In this document: positions 40,104-49,196 of the stretch, in pieces
Layout of the letters: the number at the start of each line of letters is the position of its first letter
Position numbering within the stretch: position 1 is the stretch's first letter
NCBI GenBank assembly: GCA_016190945.1
Contig: JACPPO010000097.1
Coordinates: 258-64,257, forward strand
Reading direction: 5' to 3'
Length of the DNA stretch: 64,000 bases
Origin: Acidobacteriota bacterium
GTDB lineage: Bacteria > Acidobacteriota > Vicinamibacteria > Vicinamibacterales > UBA2999
Notes under the pieces: model-generated
Databases searched by the model: none
The model's input: only the letters and a program-made list of their open reading frames with translations
What the model was told of the DNA's origin: nothing
Made by a program: the position numbers and the translations under genes

Positions 40104-40886
40104 TCAGAGCTTCAGATACTCCCGAAGCCGCTTCGTCTGCGCGCGGCTGACCGGTATCTGGGTGCCCTTCGCGTCCTTCATCCGAAGGATGTAATTCCTG
40201 CTGAACCAAGGGACTATCTCCTTGATCTTGTTGATATTGACGAGGTGCGAGCGATGCACCCGCCAGAACACTTCCGGGTCGAGGCGGGTCTGAAGTTCGT
40301 CGAGCGTCCGATAGTTGGACGTCCCGGCGACCTGCCCCGTCACTATGTTAATCGACTCGTCGGCCAGCGAGGCATAGATGATCTCTTCGGCCTGCACCAA
40401 GAGGAACCGGTCGCCGACCTTGACAGCCACCTGATCCCGCCGGATCTGGCGATTCGCCATCATTTTGACGATGCGCTCGAGCTGGTCGTTGACCGGGTCG
40501 CCCGGGCGTTGCGAGTTCAGCCGTCGCCTGGCGCGCGCCAGTGCCTGCTCCAGCCGCCCGGCATCCACCGGCTTCAGCAAGTAATCGACGGCATTGACTT
40601 CAAATGCCTCTATCGCGTGCTGGTCAAACGCGGTGACAAACACCAGGGCCGGCGACTGCCGGTCACGTTCGAGCAGGCGCCGCGCCACCTCAAAGCCGCT
40701 CAGGCCCGGCATCTGGATATCCAGGAACACCAGATCCGGCTCGTGGCGGTCCACGGCCGACAGCGCCTCGAGGCCGTTGCCGGCCTGCGCCACGACCTCG
40801 ACCTCGGCCAGTCGTTCGAGCTGGTAGCACAGCTCGTCACGCGCCAGCCGCTCGTCGTCCACCACCATGACGCGAAGCGCGTTCAT
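40104..40886 (-). CDS. LytTR-family response regulator
   Basis: Receiver domain (VMVVDDERLARDEL, phospho-acceptor FLDIQMPG) and C-terminal LytTR DNA-binding domain (FWRVHRSHLVNINKI). Confidence 0.9.
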   Translation of the reverse strand: MNALRVMVVDDERLARDELCYQLERLAEVEVVAQAGNGLEALSAVDRHEPDLVFLDIQMPGLSGFEVARRLLERDRQSPALVFVTAFDQHAIEAFEVNAVDYLLKPVDAGRLEQALARARRRLNSQRPGDPVNDQLERIVKMMANRQIRRDQVAVKVGDRFLLVQAEEIIYASLADESINIVTGQVAGTSNYRTLDELQTRLDPEVFWRVHRSHLVNINKIKEIVPWFSRNYILRMKDAKGTQIPVSRAQTKRLREYLKL

Positions 40887-42205
40887 GCCGTGATTTGTTC
40901 GGCCGCCAGCAGCTCTGGCACTTCAATGCGCGCGGTGGTCCCTTCACCGGGCTGACTCGCGAGCGTCAACTGGTACGTGGCGCCGTAGATGACCCGCAGC
41001 CTCTCTCTCACGTTGGCCAGCCCGATGCCGCTCGACATCGGCGCGTCGAGCCGTTCCAGCAGGAAACCCATGCCGTCGTCTTTCACCTCGATGATCGCGC
41101 GGCCGTTCTCACGCCAACTGCGGATAACGATGGAGCCGGAGCCCACCTTGCGTGCGAACCCGTGCTTGATCGAGTTTTCCACCAGCGGCTGAAGAATCAT
41201 GCTCGGCACGATCACGTCGATCGTGTCGGGGCTGATCTCCTTGCGAACCTGGAGCTTCGGGCCGAACCGGACCACCTCGATGTCGAGGTACTCGTCGACC
41301 GACTCGAGTTCTTCGCGCAGGGTGACGAAATGCTGATGGCTGCGAATCAGCCGCCGCAGCAGTCCGGACAGCTTGATGATGAGCGTGCGCGCGGTATCCG
41401 GCTGGGATCGAATCAGCGATGCGATCGACGCCAGCGTGTTGAACAGAAAATGCGGGTTGATCTGGCTCTTGAGGGCTTCGATTTTCGCCGCCAGCAGCAG
41501 TTTTTCCTGTTCCTGCAGGCGGTGCTCGATGCGCGCACTGTTCCAGATCTTGATGGGCGTCGCCACGGCCAGCACCGTGGCGAGGACGACGAGCGCCGTC
41601 ATCCACGGGGACAGCGAATCGAGATAGAAGAGCCGCCGCTGGCCGAAGCGCATGCCGAGCGCCTGGCGAAGGAGTTCGAGTGCCACGGGCGCGACGAGCA
41701 GCACGAGCTGCCAGTTCGGCTCCAGCCTCCGAAGCATCTGCCACACATGCTTGCGCAGGTCGACAAAGACAAACGGCGTGAACTGCCAGATGGCTTCTTT
41801 CGGGCACGCCTCGCGCAGGCCGCCCCCGGCAAACCCGCAGCCCACCGCGAAGGGGATCGCGATCACCTCGCCCGCGACGAGCGCGGGGACGCCGACCAGC
41901 AGCCCCACCGTGGCACCTGCATACGGACCGGCGATCAGGCCTACGAGGAAGGCGCCTTCGAGCGTCAGGTCGGCGGCGTTGTAGTTGAGAAGCAGCCGCG
42001 CGGCGACGCCCGCCATCAACGGGAGGCCGATTGCCAGCGCAAAGACGAGACGGTCGGTCCAGCCGCGGCGCTCGAAGATAAGAATGTGCCGGAACTGCCG
42101 GAACCGGGCGAGCATCGTCGCCAGCACCGCCATGACGGCGAGCTTGACGATAAGCGTCGTCAGCAGGAACTGGTCCGCGGAGAGGAATTTAGGCTCTTCG
42201 ATCAC
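40883..42205 (-). CDS. LytS/YehU-type sensor histidine kinase
   Basis: Multi-TM 5TMR-LYT-like N-terminus, His_kinase box (INPHFLFNTLASIASLI) and HATPase_c domain (LQPLVENSIKHG, DDGMG). The stop overlaps the regulator start by 4 nt. Confidence 0.88.
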   Translation of the reverse strand: MIEEPKFLSADQFLLTTLIVKLAVMAVLATMLARFRQFRHILIFERRGWTDRLVFALAIGLPLMAGVAARLLLNYNAADLTLEGAFLVGLIAGPYAGATVGLLVGVPALVAGEVIAIPFAVGCGFAGGGLREACPKEAIWQFTPFVFVDLRKHVWQMLRRLEPNWQLVLLVAPVALELLRQALGMRFGQRRLFYLDSLSPWMTALVVLATVLAVATPIKIWNSARIEHRLQEQEKLLLAAKIEALKSQINPHFLFNTLASIASLIRSQPDTARTLIIKLSGLLRRLIRSHQHFVTLREELESVDEYLDIEVVRFGPKLQVRKEISPDTIDVIVPSMILQPLVENSIKHGFARKVGSGSIVIRSWRENGRAIIEVKDDGMGFLLERLDAPMSSGIGLANVRERLRVIYGATYQLTLASQPGEGTTARIEVPELLAAEQITA

Positions 42206-42236
42206 CGGTGGCTCATTGTATTATCATGAGCCCTGC

Positions 42237-42680
42237 ATGATTAAACCGTTCCTCGTCGGGCTGAGCACTACGTTCCGGCACATGTTCAAGAAGAAGGTTG
42301 CGGTGAATTATCCGGAGCAGAAAGTGCCTATGTTCCCAAGGTATCGCGGCAAGCAGGTGCTGATGCGCGATGAGAACGGGCTCGAGAAGTGCGTGGCGTG
42401 CGGGCTCTGCTCGGTGGCGTGTCCCGCGGATGCGATCTACCTGGAGGCGGAAGAGAACGACGGCACCGTCCTGGCCGGCCCACGCTACGCCAAAGTCTAC
42501 CAGATCCACAAGACGCGCTGCATCTTCTGCGGGTACTGCGAAGAGGCCTGCCCCGTGTCGGCCATCTTCATGGGCAAGGACTACGAGCTGGCCGTTTACA
42601 GCAAGGACGACTTCATCTGGGATAAGGCCGACCTGCTCGTACCGGCGCCGTCGAACGCGAAAGCGCCAGCGGTCGCCTAG
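42237..42680 (+). CDS. nuoI: NADH-quinone oxidoreductase subunit I-like 2x[4Fe-4S] ferredoxin (stand-alone)
   Basis: NuoI-type N-terminus (FKKKVAVNYPEQK, RYRG) and two CxxCxxCxxxCP motifs (CVACGLCSVACP, CIFCGYCEEACP). ATG 42237 was chosen. No other nuo genes occur in the window. Confidence 0.8.
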   Translation: MIKPFLVGLSTTFRHMFKKKVAVNYPEQKVPMFPRYRGKQVLMRDENGLEKCVACGLCSVACPADAIYLEAEENDGTVLAGPRYAKVYQIHKTRCIFCGYCEEACPVSAIFMGKDYELAVYSKDDFIWDKADLLVPAPSNAKAPAVA

Positions 42681-42784
42681 CGAGGGCCTAGACTCGAATC
42701 CCAAAGCCCAAGTTCCAAAGCACGCCTTCGCACGGCACCCCGAGGCGCCGGCAATGCGATAATGGCAGGGAAGATCCCCTCCTG

Positions 42785-44734
42785 ATGAAGCCATTTCTTG
42801 AGGCCCTCGACGAACGTGTGCTCGTCTGCGACGGTGCGATGGGGACGATGCTCTACGCGAAGGGCATCTTCATCAACCGGTGCTTCGACGCGCTGAACCT
42901 CACCGAGCCGGGCCGCGTGGCCGAAGTCCATCAGGAGTACGTGCGCGCGGGCGCGGATGTCCTCGAAACCAACACCTTTGGCGCCAATCGGATCAAGCTG
43001 CGCGGGTTCGGCCTTGCCGACCGATTGCGTGACATCAACGTGGAGGGAGCGCGTCTGGCCAGGACCGCCGCGAGCGGCCAGGCGTACGTGGCGGGCGCGA
43101 TCGGCCCGCTTGGCATCCGCATCGAGCCGTGGGGCAAGACGGGCAAGGACGAGGCAGAGGCCTATTTTCGGGAGCAGGCGGAAGCGCTGCTGGCGGGCGG
43201 GGTCGACCTGTTCATCCTGGAGACGTTCCGTGACGTCTCCGAGCTCTTGGCCGCCATCGCGGCCGTCCGCGGCGCGTGCGACCTACCAGTCATCGCGCAG
43301 ATGACGATTGAGGAGGACGGCAACAGTCTCGACGGTACGCCGCCGGAACAGTTCGCTCCCGCACTGGAACCGTACGCGGACGTCGTCGGCGTGAACTGCA
43401 GCATCGGTCCGGCGCCGATGCTGGAGACGATTGAGCGGATGGCGGCGATTACGCGCGCCCGGCTCTCGGCGCAGCCCAACGCGGGCCGACCGCGCGATAT
43501 TGAAGGACGCAACATCTATCTCTCTTCGCCGGAATACATCGCCTCGTATGCGCGGCGGTTCATGAGCCATGGCGTACGTCTCGTCGGCGGCTGCTGCGGT
43601 ACGACCCCGGAGCACATCCGTCAGATCAAGCTTGCCGTCAAGGCGTTTGCACCGGAGGTAGCGCGCGCCGTGGCACGTGAGCGAACCGGCACCGCGTCCG
43701 CTCCGGGCTTGGGCGCCGGGGCGGTCCATCCGACAGATGGACCGCCCAGCCAGCAACGGCCGGTCGGGTCGCACAACGACCCGACCTCGGCGAAGGCGGC
43801 CGCAGTGGTGACGGTCGTCGACGAGGCAATCCCGTCCGTGCCGAGAGCCGAGCGTTCGCGGCTGGCGCGCGCATTGGTGGAAGGGCGGTTCGCGACGATT
43901 GTCGAGCTGGCCCCGCCGAAAGGCTGCGTCGGCGACGCCACGATCGGTCGTGCACGGCTGCTGAAGGCCCACGGGGTGGATGTCGTTCACATTCCGGACG
44001 GCCCGCGCGGCGCCCGCATGAGCGCGCTGTCGCTTGCCGTACTGATCCAGCAGAATGCGTCGATCGAGACCGTGCTCCAGTACTCGTGCCGCGACCGCAA
44101 TCTCCTCGGCATGCAGTCGGACCTGCTCGGTGCGCATGCCATGGGAGTGCGCAACGTGATGATCGTGACCGGCGACGCGTCGCACGTCGGCGACTACCCC
44201 GACGCGACCGCGGTGTTCGACGTCGATTCGATCGGGCTCACCAATGTCGTCTCGCGTCTCAACCGCGGTCTCGATATCGGCGGGCAGACGATTGGCAGCC
44301 CGACCTCGTTTCACATCGGCGTACAGGTGAATCCGGGGGCGGAGGATCTCGAGGCCGAGATCCGCCGTTTCGAGTATAAGGTCGAAGCGGGCGCCGAGTT
44401 CGCGGTGACGAAACCGCTCTTCGACCTGGGCACCTTCGAGCGGTTCTTCAAGCGGATTGAATCCGCGCGGCTTCCGCTCATCATCGGCCTGTGGCCGTTC
44501 GAAAGCGTGCTGAATGCCGAGTTCATGGCCAACGAGGTGCCTGGCGTGCGCGTGCCGGACGCCGTGCTGGAGCGGATGCGTCGCGCGGGCGGCCCCGAAG
44601 CCGCCGCGGCCGAAGGCGTGGCGATCGCGCGCGAAGTGGGGTGCACGCTGAAGGGCACCGTCCAGGGCGTCCACGTCGCCGCCCCTTCTGGACGGATCGA
44701 ATCAGCGGTCGAGGTGCTGGCCGGGTTGAGGTAG
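42785..44734 (+). CDS. Bifunctional homocysteine S-methyltransferase / 5,10-methylenetetrahydrofolate reductase (YitJ-like)
   Basis: N-terminal Hcy-binding domain (VLVCDGAMGTMLY, ETNTFGAN, GGCCGTTPEHI) fused through a ~60-aa linker to an MTHFR domain (CRDRNLLGMQSDLLGAHAMGVRNVMIVTGD). Confidence 0.88.
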   Translation: MKPFLEALDERVLVCDGAMGTMLYAKGIFINRCFDALNLTEPGRVAEVHQEYVRAGADVLETNTFGANRIKLRGFGLADRLRDINVEGARLARTAASGQAYVAGAIGPLGIRIEPWGKTGKDEAEAYFREQAEALLAGGVDLFILETFRDVSELLAAIAAVRGACDLPVIAQMTIEEDGNSLDGTPPEQFAPALEPYADVVGVNCSIGPAPMLETIERMAAITRARLSAQPNAGRPRDIEGRNIYLSSPEYIASYARRFMSHGVRLVGGCCGTTPEHIRQIKLAVKAFAPEVARAVARERTGTASAPGLGAGAVHPTDGPPSQQRPVGSHNDPTSAKAAAVVTVVDEAIPSVPRAERSRLARALVEGRFATIVELAPPKGCVGDATIGRARLLKAHGVDVVHIPDGPRGARMSALSLAVLIQQNASIETVLQYSCRDRNLLGMQSDLLGAHAMGVRNVMIVTGDASHVGDYPDATAVFDVDSIGLTNVVSRLNRGLDIGGQTIGSPTSFHIGVQVNPGAEDLEAEIRRFEYKVEAGAEFAVTKPLFDLGTFERFFKRIESARLPLIIGLWPFESVLNAEFMANEVPGVRVPDAVLERMRRAGGPEAAAAEGVAIAREVGCTLKGTVQGVHVAAPSGRIESAVEVLAGLR

Positions 44735-44736
44735 AT

Positions 44737-44766
44737 CCCAACGCCCAACGCCGAACGCCGAAAGCC
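44737..44766. repeat. Heptanucleotide tandem repeat (CCCAACG CCCAACG CCGAACG CCGAAAG)
   Basis: Read directly, immediately after the yitJ-like stop. A related motif occurs at 42699-42720 and an inverted relative at 44798-44815. Confidence 0.8.
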
Positions 44767-44912
44767 TGGGCTCCGATCTGCACGTTGAGATCTGAAATTT
44801 GGGGTTCGGGATTTGATAATGATGTATAGTGCCGGGACGGCCGGCCGGCGTCCGGGACCGAAATTACCAGAAAGTCACGGGGCTAACAGGTTACGGCCGG
44901 GGAGGTCTGCGA

Positions 44913-45599
44913 ATGGCGCTGTTCGAACGTGAAAACGACAACTTCAGCGGCGACGTTGCGACGCGGGCTCTTTCGGCCGCCGCGGTGGAAAACGACTTCG
45001 TTGAACGCGTGTACGGCAATCTCGCGTCCGTCTACGACGTCGTGTATGGACCGCCGCTGCATCCTGGACGTCTGCAGGCCGTGGAGCGGATGCGGATCCG
45101 ACCCAATGACCAAGTGCTGGAGGTTGGGATTGGAACGGGTATTACGGCCGCGTTGTACCCGAAGCATTGCACGGTGATCGGCGTCGATCTTTCCGTGTCA
45201 ATGTTGGCAAAGGCCAAGAAGCGGCTGCGACGCAAAGCCGTCGAGAACGTGCGGTTGTTACGAATGGATGCCGCTGACTTGCAGTTCGAGGACGGCGTAT
45301 TCGATATCGTTTACGCTCCCTATCTCATCAGCGTTGTCCCGGATCCGGTTGCGGTGGCCCGCGAGATGCATCGCGTATGCAAGCCCGGCGGCCGAATTAT
45401 CTTTCTGAATCATTTCCTGAGTCCTCGTCCCGCTTTGGCGTGGATTGAAAGATTGATCTCACCGTTAACGATCCATATCGGATGGAAGTCCGATCTCGAC
45501 CTTTCGGCCTTCCTTGCGCAGGCCGCGCTGCGGGCCACGTCCATTGCACCGGTCAATCTTCTAGGGCTTTGGTCGTTGGTGACCTGCCAGCGCGATTGA
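44913..45599 (+). CDS. Class I SAM-dependent methyltransferase (UbiE/PmtA-like)
   Basis: SAM-binding motif I VLEVGIGTG and motif post-I/II (IGVDLS, FDIVYA). ATG 44913 is preceded by GGGGAGG. Confidence 0.8.
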   Translation: MALFERENDNFSGDVATRALSAAAVENDFVERVYGNLASVYDVVYGPPLHPGRLQAVERMRIRPNDQVLEVGIGTGITAALYPKHCTVIGVDLSVSMLAKAKKRLRRKAVENVRLLRMDAADLQFEDGVFDIVYAPYLISVVPDPVAVAREMHRVCKPGGRIIFLNHFLSPRPALAWIERLISPLTIHIGWKSDLDLSAFLAQAALRATSIAPVNLLGLWSLVTCQRD

Positions 45600-45621
45600 C
45601 ACCTGCTCGTCGCGAGCAGCG

Positions 45622-46797
45622 TCAGAACTTCGCCCGCGGCCGCCCCCTCGGTTTCTTCGGCGGCTTATCCAGCGTCTTGAGCAGGATCTCGGCGACCACG
45701 TCGGCGCCGTGGGTCTCGGGCTTCTTGTGGTTCTTCGGCCGCGGCTGCGCGATGAGCTTCGCCAGGTGAGTCTCCCATTTTCCCGCGAACAGTTCCTCCT
45801 GGCCGATGAACGCGGTGCGCAGATAGCTCGGCATGTCCTCGACGAGGACCTCGTACTCGGGGAAGTGTCCGCGCGAGGTATACAGCACCGCCGTATCGTT
45901 GGCGATGCACTCGGAAATGATGCCGTAGCCCGGCTTGGTCACCACGGCCTCGGCCGCGCCCACGAGGTCCTCGTAGCGGACGCCCGCGTCGTACATCGCC
46001 TCCTCGTTGACGCTGATGAACGAGCCCTTGCGCTCGGCCAGCGGTGCTTCCTTCCGTGTCCGGCCGACCGGCAGGTTGGCGACGGTGACCACCGTATATT
46101 TCTTGAACTTGGCGAGGACGTCGGTGTCGACGCCGGGCAGGCCATATCCGCCGAACGACATCAGCACGATCGGCTTGTCCGCCGGCAGCTTCAGCACCTT
46201 GCAGACTTCCTCCCGCGTGCGCGTCGCGTGCCGTGCGACAAACGGGATGTCTTTGATGTTCGAGAAGGTCTCGAAGCCCGCGGACATCGGCAGCCGCAGC
46301 GCCATGGAGGCCTTGGCGTAGGCGCCGCGGATCGCGGGGAGGAGCGAGGGCGCAAGACGCACGCGCGGGTAGTCGGCGTAAATCCAGTCCCACGTGAAGT
46401 TGCCGAGGCCAATCGAGGGAATGCCGGCCGCCGCGCTGACGGCGAAGGCGAGCGGTGGAATATCCCCGACGATCAGACCGGCCCCAAGCTCGCGCAGCAC
46501 CCGTGTTTCGCTGGCGGCGCGCGTCACCAGATCGCTGTGAAAGGCCGCCGCACGGCGGATCGTGTCGGCCTCATCCAGCGTGAGGGCGTCGATCTGCACG
46601 ACGCCGGTGTCGCATTCAAGCGTGCTGAAGGCGATCTTTCCCTTGACGGTCAGGTCGAAAAGCCACCGGGGCGCGGAGGTGCGCACGCCAATGCGCGTCT
46701 CGGGACGGCGGGCCAGGACGGCGTTGATCACCTCGATCGCGCGCGAGGCATGTCCGAACCCGTGGCCCGATACGTAGAAGACGATAGCGGCTGCCAA
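45622..46797 (-). CDS. GT-B fold glycosyltransferase (GT28/MJ1255-like), Lys-rich C-terminal tail
   Basis: N-terminal FYVSGHGFGHASRAIEV, typical of this GT family as I recall it, and a C-terminal nucleotide-sugar-binding half (KPGYGIISECIANDTAVLY). Confidence 0.7.
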   Translation of the reverse strand: MAAAIVFYVSGHGFGHASRAIEVINAVLARRPETRIGVRTSAPRWLFDLTVKGKIAFSTLECDTGVVQIDALTLDEADTIRRAAAFHSDLVTRAASETRVLRELGAGLIVGDIPPLAFAVSAAAGIPSIGLGNFTWDWIYADYPRVRLAPSLLPAIRGAYAKASMALRLPMSAGFETFSNIKDIPFVARHATRTREEVCKVLKLPADKPIVLMSFGGYGLPGVDTDVLAKFKKYTVVTVANLPVGRTRKEAPLAERKGSFISVNEEAMYDAGVRYEDLVGAAEAVVTKPGYGIISECIANDTAVLYTSRGHFPEYEVLVEDMPSYLRTAFIGQEELFAGKWETHLAKLIAQPRPKNHKKPETHGADVVAEILLKTLDKPPKKPRGRPRAKF

Positions 46798-46799
46798 GT

Positions 46800-49196
46800 C
46801 TATCGGCCCGACTCTACTGGCGAACTCACTTTTCCACTTTCCACTTTTTCCACTTTTCCACTTTCCGGCATGGCCACCTTGATGACCTGTTCGAGGGTCT
46901 CGACCGGGACGAAGGTCATCTCGCGCCGGATCTCCTCCGGCAGCTCGACAAGGTCGGGTTCGTTCAGCGCCGGCAGGATGAACGTCTTGATGCCAAACCG
47001 CCGCGCGGCCAGCGCCTTTTCGCGAATGCCTCCGACCGGCAGCACCAGGCCGCTGAGCGTAATTTCGCCTGTCATGGCCACATCCTGGCGCACCGGACGG
47101 TTACGCACCGCCGACAGTATCGCCGTGGCGATCGTGACGCCCGCCGAAGGGCCATCTTTCGGGATCGCCCCTGCGGGCACATGGACGTGTATGTCGTGCT
47201 TCGCGAGGAACTCCGGCGAGATAATACCCAGCTCCTCGGCCCGGGCGCGCAGGTGGCTGAGCGCCGCCCGTGCCGATTCCTGCATGACGTTACCGAGCTG
47301 GCCCGTCAGAATAATGTTCTGGTTTCCGCCTGGAAGCAAGGTCGCTTCGATGAAAAGCACGTCGCCGCCCGTCTCGGTCCAGGCGACGCCCGTCGCCACC
47401 CCCGGGCGGGACGTGCGGAAGGCGACCTCCTTCCTGAACCGCGCGACCCCGAGATAATCGTCGACCTGATCCCGGTCGACCGTCGTCTTCTCCGCCGGCG
47501 GCGCGTCGGAAGGCCGGGTAGCCAGCCGCGCCGCTACTTTGCGCGCGATCGTCCCCAGCTGGCGCTCGAGGTTCCGCACCCCCGCCTCGCGGGTGTACTC
47601 GGCGATGACCAGCCGCAGCGCCGCATCGGTGATCTCCATCGCCTCGGGCGGCAGGCCGTGCTCGCTCATCTGCCGCGGCAGCAAGTACTTACGCGCGATG
47701 TGAACCTTCTCCTCCTCCGTGTAACCGGCCAGCGCGATGACTTCCATGCGGTCGAGAAGCGCGGGGTGAATCGTCCCGAGCTGATTCGAGGTCGTAATGA
47801 ACAATACGCGCGAAAGGTCCACCGGAATCTCGAGGTAATGGTCGCGGAACGAATGGTTCTGCCCAGGATCCAGCACCTCGAGCAGCGCAGCCGCTGGATC
47901 TCCCTGGTAGCCGACAGACACCTTGTCAACCTCGTCGAGCATGAAGACAGGGTTCATCGACCCGGCCTGCTTGAGCGCCTGGACGATGCGGCCGGGCATC
48001 GACCCGATGTAGGTGCGGCGATGGCCTCGAATCTCCGCCTCGTCGCGAACGCCGCCCAATGAAATCCGCACGAACTTGCGCGACATCGCCCGGGCAATCG
48101 ACTGGCCGAGCGACGTCTTGCCGACGCCTGGAGCACCCACGAAGCAGAGGATGGGTCCCTTCATGTCTCCTTTGAGCTTCCGGACCGCCAGGTATTCGAC
48201 GATCCGTTCCTTGACCTTGTCGAGGTCATAGTGGTCCTCGTCGAGGACCCTGCGCGCTTCGACGGGATCGATCCGGTCAGGAGTCATCACGGACCACGGC
48301 ACATCGAGGAGCCAGTCGATGTACGTCCGCAGCATCTGGTACTCGGGAGATGCCGCGCCCATCCGGGCCAGGCGATCGACCTCCCGCCTCGCGGCGGCGA
48401 CAATCGGTTCCGGCAGCTTGGCGTCCTCGACCCGCTTCCGCAGTTCGGCCAGCTCGTTGCCTTCACCTTCGCCAAGCTCCTGCTCGATGGCTTTGAGCTG
48501 CTGGCGGAGGTAATACTGCCGCTGCGCATCGGTCATTTCCTGCTGCGCCTGCGACTCGATCTTGCCCTTCAGCTCCAGCAGCGAGATCTCGCGCGTCAGC
48601 GCGTCGGCGATCGCTCCCAGCTTCTTCAGGAGGTCGCTCTCCTCGAGGAGCGCCTGCTTGTCGGCCGGCTTCATATCGATCAGGGTCGCGAGGACATACG
48701 CGAGCCGCAGCGGATCGTCGATGCTCATGACGACGGCGCGCAGCTCCTCGGAGAGGCCGGTGGTCAGCGACAGGGTCTTCTCGATCAGTTCCTGGATGCG
48801 GCGGACGTATGCCTCGACCTCGATCGTCCGCTCGTACGGCTCCGGCAGGGACGTGATCTTTGCGCGCATCGAAGTGCCGACGCGCGTGACCACATCGGCC
48901 CGCGCGCGCGCGACACCTTCAGTGATGATGTTGATGCCGCCGCCCGCTTTCGCCATCTGCCGAATCACGGCGACGGTGCCGATTCGCCGCAGGTCCTCCG
49001 GGGTGGGGTCGTCCGCGTCGTTGTCCTGCAGGAGCAGGAGAATGAGGCGATCGGCGCCCAGCGCGCGGTTCACCGCGTCAATCGAGACGGGCCGGTTCAC
49101 CGCCAGCGGCTGCAGCGTCAGCGGAAACGCGACCGTGCGCCGGAGGGGCAGAACCGGAAGTTCCGAAGGCAGGGTCGGCGGGGTTGGCTTGGCCAT
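46800..49196 (-). CDS. lon: ATP-dependent Lon protease
   Basis: LON N-domain, Walker A GAPGVGKTS and the protease catalytic site PKDGPSAGVTIATA. It has an unusual C-terminal GKVEKVESGKV repeat tail. Confidence 0.97.
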   Translation of the reverse strand: MAKPTPPTLPSELPVLPLRRTVAFPLTLQPLAVNRPVSIDAVNRALGADRLILLLLQDNDADDPTPEDLRRIGTVAVIRQMAKAGGGINIITEGVARARADVVTRVGTSMRAKITSLPEPYERTIEVEAYVRRIQELIEKTLSLTTGLSEELRAVVMSIDDPLRLAYVLATLIDMKPADKQALLEESDLLKKLGAIADALTREISLLELKGKIESQAQQEMTDAQRQYYLRQQLKAIEQELGEGEGNELAELRKRVEDAKLPEPIVAAARREVDRLARMGAASPEYQMLRTYIDWLLDVPWSVMTPDRIDPVEARRVLDEDHYDLDKVKERIVEYLAVRKLKGDMKGPILCFVGAPGVGKTSLGQSIARAMSRKFVRISLGGVRDEAEIRGHRRTYIGSMPGRIVQALKQAGSMNPVFMLDEVDKVSVGYQGDPAAALLEVLDPGQNHSFRDHYLEIPVDLSRVLFITTSNQLGTIHPALLDRMEVIALAGYTEEEKVHIARKYLLPRQMSEHGLPPEAMEITDAALRLVIAEYTREAGVRNLERQLGTIARKVAARLATRPSDAPPAEKTTVDRDQVDDYLGVARFRKEVAFRTSRPGVATGVAWTETGGDVLFIEATLLPGGNQNIILTGQLGNVMQESARAALSHLRARAEELGIISPEFLAKHDIHVHVPAGAIPKDGPSAGVTIATAILSAVRNRPVRQDVAMTGEITLSGLVLPVGGIREKALAARRFGIKTFILPALNEPDLVELPEEIRREMTFVPVETLEQVIKVAMPESGKVEKVESGKVSSPVESGR
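46827..46865. repeat. Five tandem CCAC-T(3-5) units encoding the Lon C-terminal tail
   Basis: cactttt ccacttt ccacttttt ccactttt ccacttt read directly. On the minus strand this encodes SGKVEKVESGKV. Confidence 0.8.

Noticed and set aside
40895-42229. 444-aa plus-strand ORF opposite the LytS-type kinase gene.
   Set aside because: The minus-strand frame carries the His_kinase/HATPase signatures. The plus-frame product is Arg/Asp/His-rich with no motifs.
42681-42715. tRNA-like T-arm string GACTCGAATCCC after nuoI.
   Set aside because: No acceptor stem, D-arm or anticodon arm can be drawn around it. It is part of the CCCAAAG heptamer motif.
42681-42784. SAM or other riboswitch upstream of the yitJ-like gene; likewise an M-box upstream of mgtE (7263-7338).
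   Set aside because: The spacers are too short (104 and 76 nt), and I could not find the conserved cores of SAM-I/II or M-box elements.
45709-47457. 582-aa plus-strand ORF spanning the glycosyltransferase and lon loci.
   Set aside because: It is antisense to two well-supported genes. It has no recognisable motifs and an Arg/Gly/Asp-rich composition.
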